A stretch of DNA of 63,115 nt from Trypethelium eluteriae (lineage: Eukaryota). Made by a program: the position numbers and the translations under genes. The notes under the pieces were generated by a model. It searched no databases, was not told the origin of the DNA, and saw only the letters and a list, made by a program, of their open reading frames with translations. Location: contig JAVECL010000069.1 in assembly GCA_051942245.1 (NCBI GenBank), positions 1-63,115 on the forward strand, given 5' to 3'. Positions 59,843 to 63,115 of the stretch are shown here, one piece after another. Numbering within the stretch: the stretch's first letter is position 1; each line of letters opens with the position of its first letter.

Positions 59843-60675
59843 TTAGTAGCGGCTTTACCTTTCTTGCTGGAATTAATGACTGTTCATGTATGTAGCAGAT
59901 TACGTGGGATAGATTGGAAAAGTAACGCGTGGGCATTAGACTCGGTTCCGATAGTTTGGTATGAAATCATCTTCCTACCTGATAACATTTAATTGGACGG
60001 TTGTGAGAGGAATCGTGGCCGACAGATTTCTCTAGTTTCTGTTAATACATGCCCAGTCATGTCCAGCATATCTGTCTCAGCATTTTAGACATTAATCAAC
60101 AATCACGATCCACTGTCCAGCCGTCTTTCCGTCAGTCAGCGCAAATGTCCTCTGGTAAGCAGTGCACAACACATCTGCATGTCTAGTTTGCCTCCTTATC
60201 CTACTTTCTTGTGCCCCGCCGTGCCGCCACCGCAAAGACTGTAGACTGAACCCTTGGTCTGGGCTCCTGCCCGCTCGGCGCAGGGACCCGAGCTTCTAGA
60301 AAGGCAGCGGCGGCCAGGTCCAGGGCAGCGCCAGCCCAAACAGGCAGGACGAACAGATCACTTCCCGTCCCGAATGTCCATCAACTTCATTGCAGCCAGC
60401 GAAGTCATGCACGTGTGTCTGTCCACTGCTTGTGCAGGCTTTGATCGCTAGCTATGGCCGCGAAGATATCCGGCGACAAGCAGATTGAGGAAGCCGGAGC
60501 TGCGCATGGGATTTTTTCTTCGAAAGTATGTGCCATGGGCCCTCTTTTAACCCACATAAGTCGGAAAACCGGTTGCAGATGTAGGTTTCTTGTAAACTTT
60601 ACAGCTTTCCTTGTTCCCTCGCTCTTCTCTATTATCTTGAATCTCCCTACATATTACTAGTTTGGGTCATACAAT

Positions 60676-61646
60676 ATGTCGCTCGTTCTGTTGAAGAACC
60701 TCGTGTTCCGTGGCAAGCAATCTGGAAAGGAGCGATATGGGGGAAAATACTCCAGACTGTGCGATGATGGTGTGTAAGATGCTCAAATACATTAAGAGTT
60801 CCAGCTACTCACCAATACTCTCTAGATCTCGAAAGTGCTTCTGTCTCCTCCTCCTCCGACCTCTGTTCATTTGAAGATGAAGATACCAGCAAGGAAAAGA
60901 TACCCGCAGAACGTTCGATCAAAACCCTCATCCCTACGCCCCGAATCTCTCCTCGAGTCATTTCAGACGCCACTATTGGTCTCTCAGATGGTCTTACCGT
61001 TCCCTTCGCTCTCACCGCCGGCCTCTCCACCCTCGGTTCCACTCATATTGTCATCTATGGCGGGCTCGCCGAGCTCTCCGCCGGTGCCATCAGCATGGGA
61101 CTGGGCGGCTACCTCGCTAGTCGAGGCGAAGCTGACGCCCACGCTGCCACACTGAACTCGACCAAATCTCTCATCCGCGACTCACCTTCTTCAACCGCCG
61201 ATCTAATCCACACTACATTTGATGGCTTGGATCTCCCGTCGGAGCTGCTCCACTCCCTGAGCGCTCATCTAGCCACGACCTCAGAGGAGAAGCAGCTTGA
61301 CTTCCTCATGCGCTTCCACCATTCCGCTTCCTCCTCTCCGACTCCGGTATCCCGTGCATACATCTCCGCGCTTACGATCGCGGCGGGCTACTTCATTGGT
61401 GGCTTCACGCCTCTTCTGCCCTATCTGCTCGTCCCTTCACAGAAAGTCGTCCTGGCCTTCTGGTGCAGTGTCGCGCTCATGATCGTTGCGCTATTTGCCT
61501 TCGGCGCAGTGAAGACCGTGCTAGTAGGCGGGGCAGAAAGCAGAGAAGTGAGACGGTGGGTCAGTGGTGGTGCGGAGATGGTAGTGCTGGGAGGTGTGGC
61601 GGCCGGGGCAGCGATGGGATTTGTGAGGGCATTTGGAGGTGAATGA
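60676..61646 (+). CDS. VIT1/CCC1-family vacuolar Fe2+/Mn2+ transporter (2 exons)
   Basis: Intron at about 60770-60825. It contains ISDATIGLSDGLTVPFALTAGLS, GLAELSAGAISMGLGGYL and YFIGGFTPLLPY. Confidence 0.95.
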
Positions 61647-62579
61647 GAGGAATTGATCAAAGTTGAAACTTTTTTTGGTTTGATCGTATTGACGGGGACG
61701 CCACTGATCCATGGACTTGGGGAAGGCATATCCTTCCACATCAGTACTCGGTTCGATCCAGGCGAAGAATCTTTTCATTCGCGCGAGAAGTCGGAATGAA
61801 CACCGCAAAGTTTGGAAGTCGCCCAGAAGGTCACAGGCCTTCTCAATGGCCGAAGGAAATCTTCATAAGGAAGCAAGTCAGGCAGCCTAGAAGACTCGTA
61901 CATTCGGAGAAGACTTGCTCTCAGAACCACTAAAACCAGGATGAAGAGCACCGGAACCGAAATTGCTCCTGTCTGAGAGGGCACTTGGATCGCTGTTCAT
62001 AGCATAATTGCCGACTCCAACACTAGGAGAGCGCCTCGGGAACGACTGCTGAAACTTCGTTCGCCTCATAGTCCTGCGAACAAAAGTATACCATAGAGTC
62101 TATGTGGCTGTCACTGCGAATTGCTGGAAAGTTCCGATGCAACAATTGGCCCTATTCTCACAAAATGCCTCGCAAGTCGTGAGAAAACTGTCGACTCCTA
62201 GCCTGGTAGTCGCGTTGTACTATCGCTGATTTGAGAGTACATTTCTTTGTGCAGAATTGTTGTTCTAGAGCTTGCTCTGTAGGCGCGAGGTTTATGTTAG
62301 AAGCATTCAAAATTTGGTTCTGGAATGAGAGGCTGCCTTTCCAACTTGTATCTCGCCTAGAGGATAGAACAATAGATTTCAAAGGGTCATGCAATTCAAG
62401 CAGTTAGCAGGTGCTAAGAAAAAGCCCTTCCTATGTACATTGTATCAGTCTGCAGAGTGGTATAGAACGCTAGATAATATCCGCCAACTCCTCCAATCTT
62501 TAATCAGATGGATACCCTTTATAGTAAGGCACAAACGCCATGCTATTTTACCCTCATGATTCCATCTCCTTAACACGTT

Positions 62580-63115
62580 TTATACATTTCCCACCAACAT
62601 GACCGCAACAACCACGACCACCATCTCCACCGTCCCCCTTCCCACCTCTTTCGCACCCACTCCGTTCGTCACCATTAGACCGGACGTGTGACTCGACACA
62701 CTACTACTCGACGTCTGCACCGCCCCAAACACCGTCGAACTCCACCCCCTGACATTCGCCCCAGTTCCCTCACACAAACTCCACGAATTCCCTCCTCCGC
62801 TCGGTTCCGCGTCTCCACAGCCCCTAACCGCCCACCCCCAAACGTCTGGCACGAAGTATGAGCTCGAGTAGCAGGCACAGGAGGCCTGAGCCGACGGGTT
62901 CGGGGTGTAGGCGGTCGCGTTCAGGATGAGGGATGAGAGGAAGGTGGAGGTGGAGGTGCCCCAAGCCGAGGGGGATGCAGAGGCGCAGGCAAGAGAGAGG
63001 GTAGAGACGATGGCACAGGCGGAGGCCTGGTTGAAGGTCGGGGTCACGGACTGGGTGGGGCCCGGGGTTGCGAGGGTGAGGGTAGTGCCGTTGGAAGTGG
63101 TGAGTGATGGGGAGG
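62580..63115 (-). CDS. 3' part of a small Cys-containing, probably GPI-anchored protein; its 5' end lies outside the window
   Basis: The frame is open to the window edge. It contains ACAIVSTLSLAC..QASCACYSSS..C..C, an S/T spacer and a hydrophobic C-terminal tail. Confidence 0.7.
   Translation of the reverse strand, partial: SPSLTTSNGTTLTLATPGPTQSVTPTFNQASACAIVSTLSLACASASPSAWGTSTSTFLSSLILNATAYTPNPSAQASCACYSSSYFVPDVWGWAVRGCGDAEPSGGGNSWSLCEGTGANVRGWSSTVFGAVQTSSSSVSSHTSGLMVTNGVGAKEVGRGTVEMVVVVVAVMLVGNV

Noticed and set aside
60410..60415. CACGTG (Pho4/bHLH-type box) upstream of the VIT1/CCC1 gene
   Set aside because: A single 6-mer is expected by chance and cannot be supported without conservation data.

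Overview
Eukaryotic DNA from a filamentous ascomycete (Pezizomycotina). It has short GT..AG introns with CTRAC/CTAAT branch sites and no recognisable prokaryotic, rRNA, tRNA or CRISPR features. The window has two parts. (1) About 1.2-8.5 kb is an accessory 'graveyard' of co-oriented minus-strand gene fragments. These are a Upf1/DNA2-like SF1 helicase remnant, a gene built from 21-nt phase-0 micro-exons, two copies of a heptad-repeat Mug135/DUF1773-like gene (one intact, one dead), two diverged fragments of an unknown gene, an SNF2 helicase remnant and a decayed DPBB/expansin-like gene. Several stops look like CpA>TpA (RIP-type) changes. (2) About 9-63 kb is ordinary gene-dense chromosome: Atg28-like, APH-like kinase, alpha/beta hydrolase, MFS transporter, two large cell-surface proteins, a membrane-anchored pepsin-like pseudo-protease, cyclase, DUF3433 protein, Ded1-like DEAD-box helicase, TOK K+ channel, twin-CX9C protein and an Ame1/CENP-U-like protein. 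It ends with a compact trio of an N-terminally anchored ferroxidase-like multicopper oxidase, an acid phosphatase and a VIT1/CCC1 metal transporter. That trio is my best candidate for an undescribed functional module. All family calls come from motif recognition by eye, and no database search was run.
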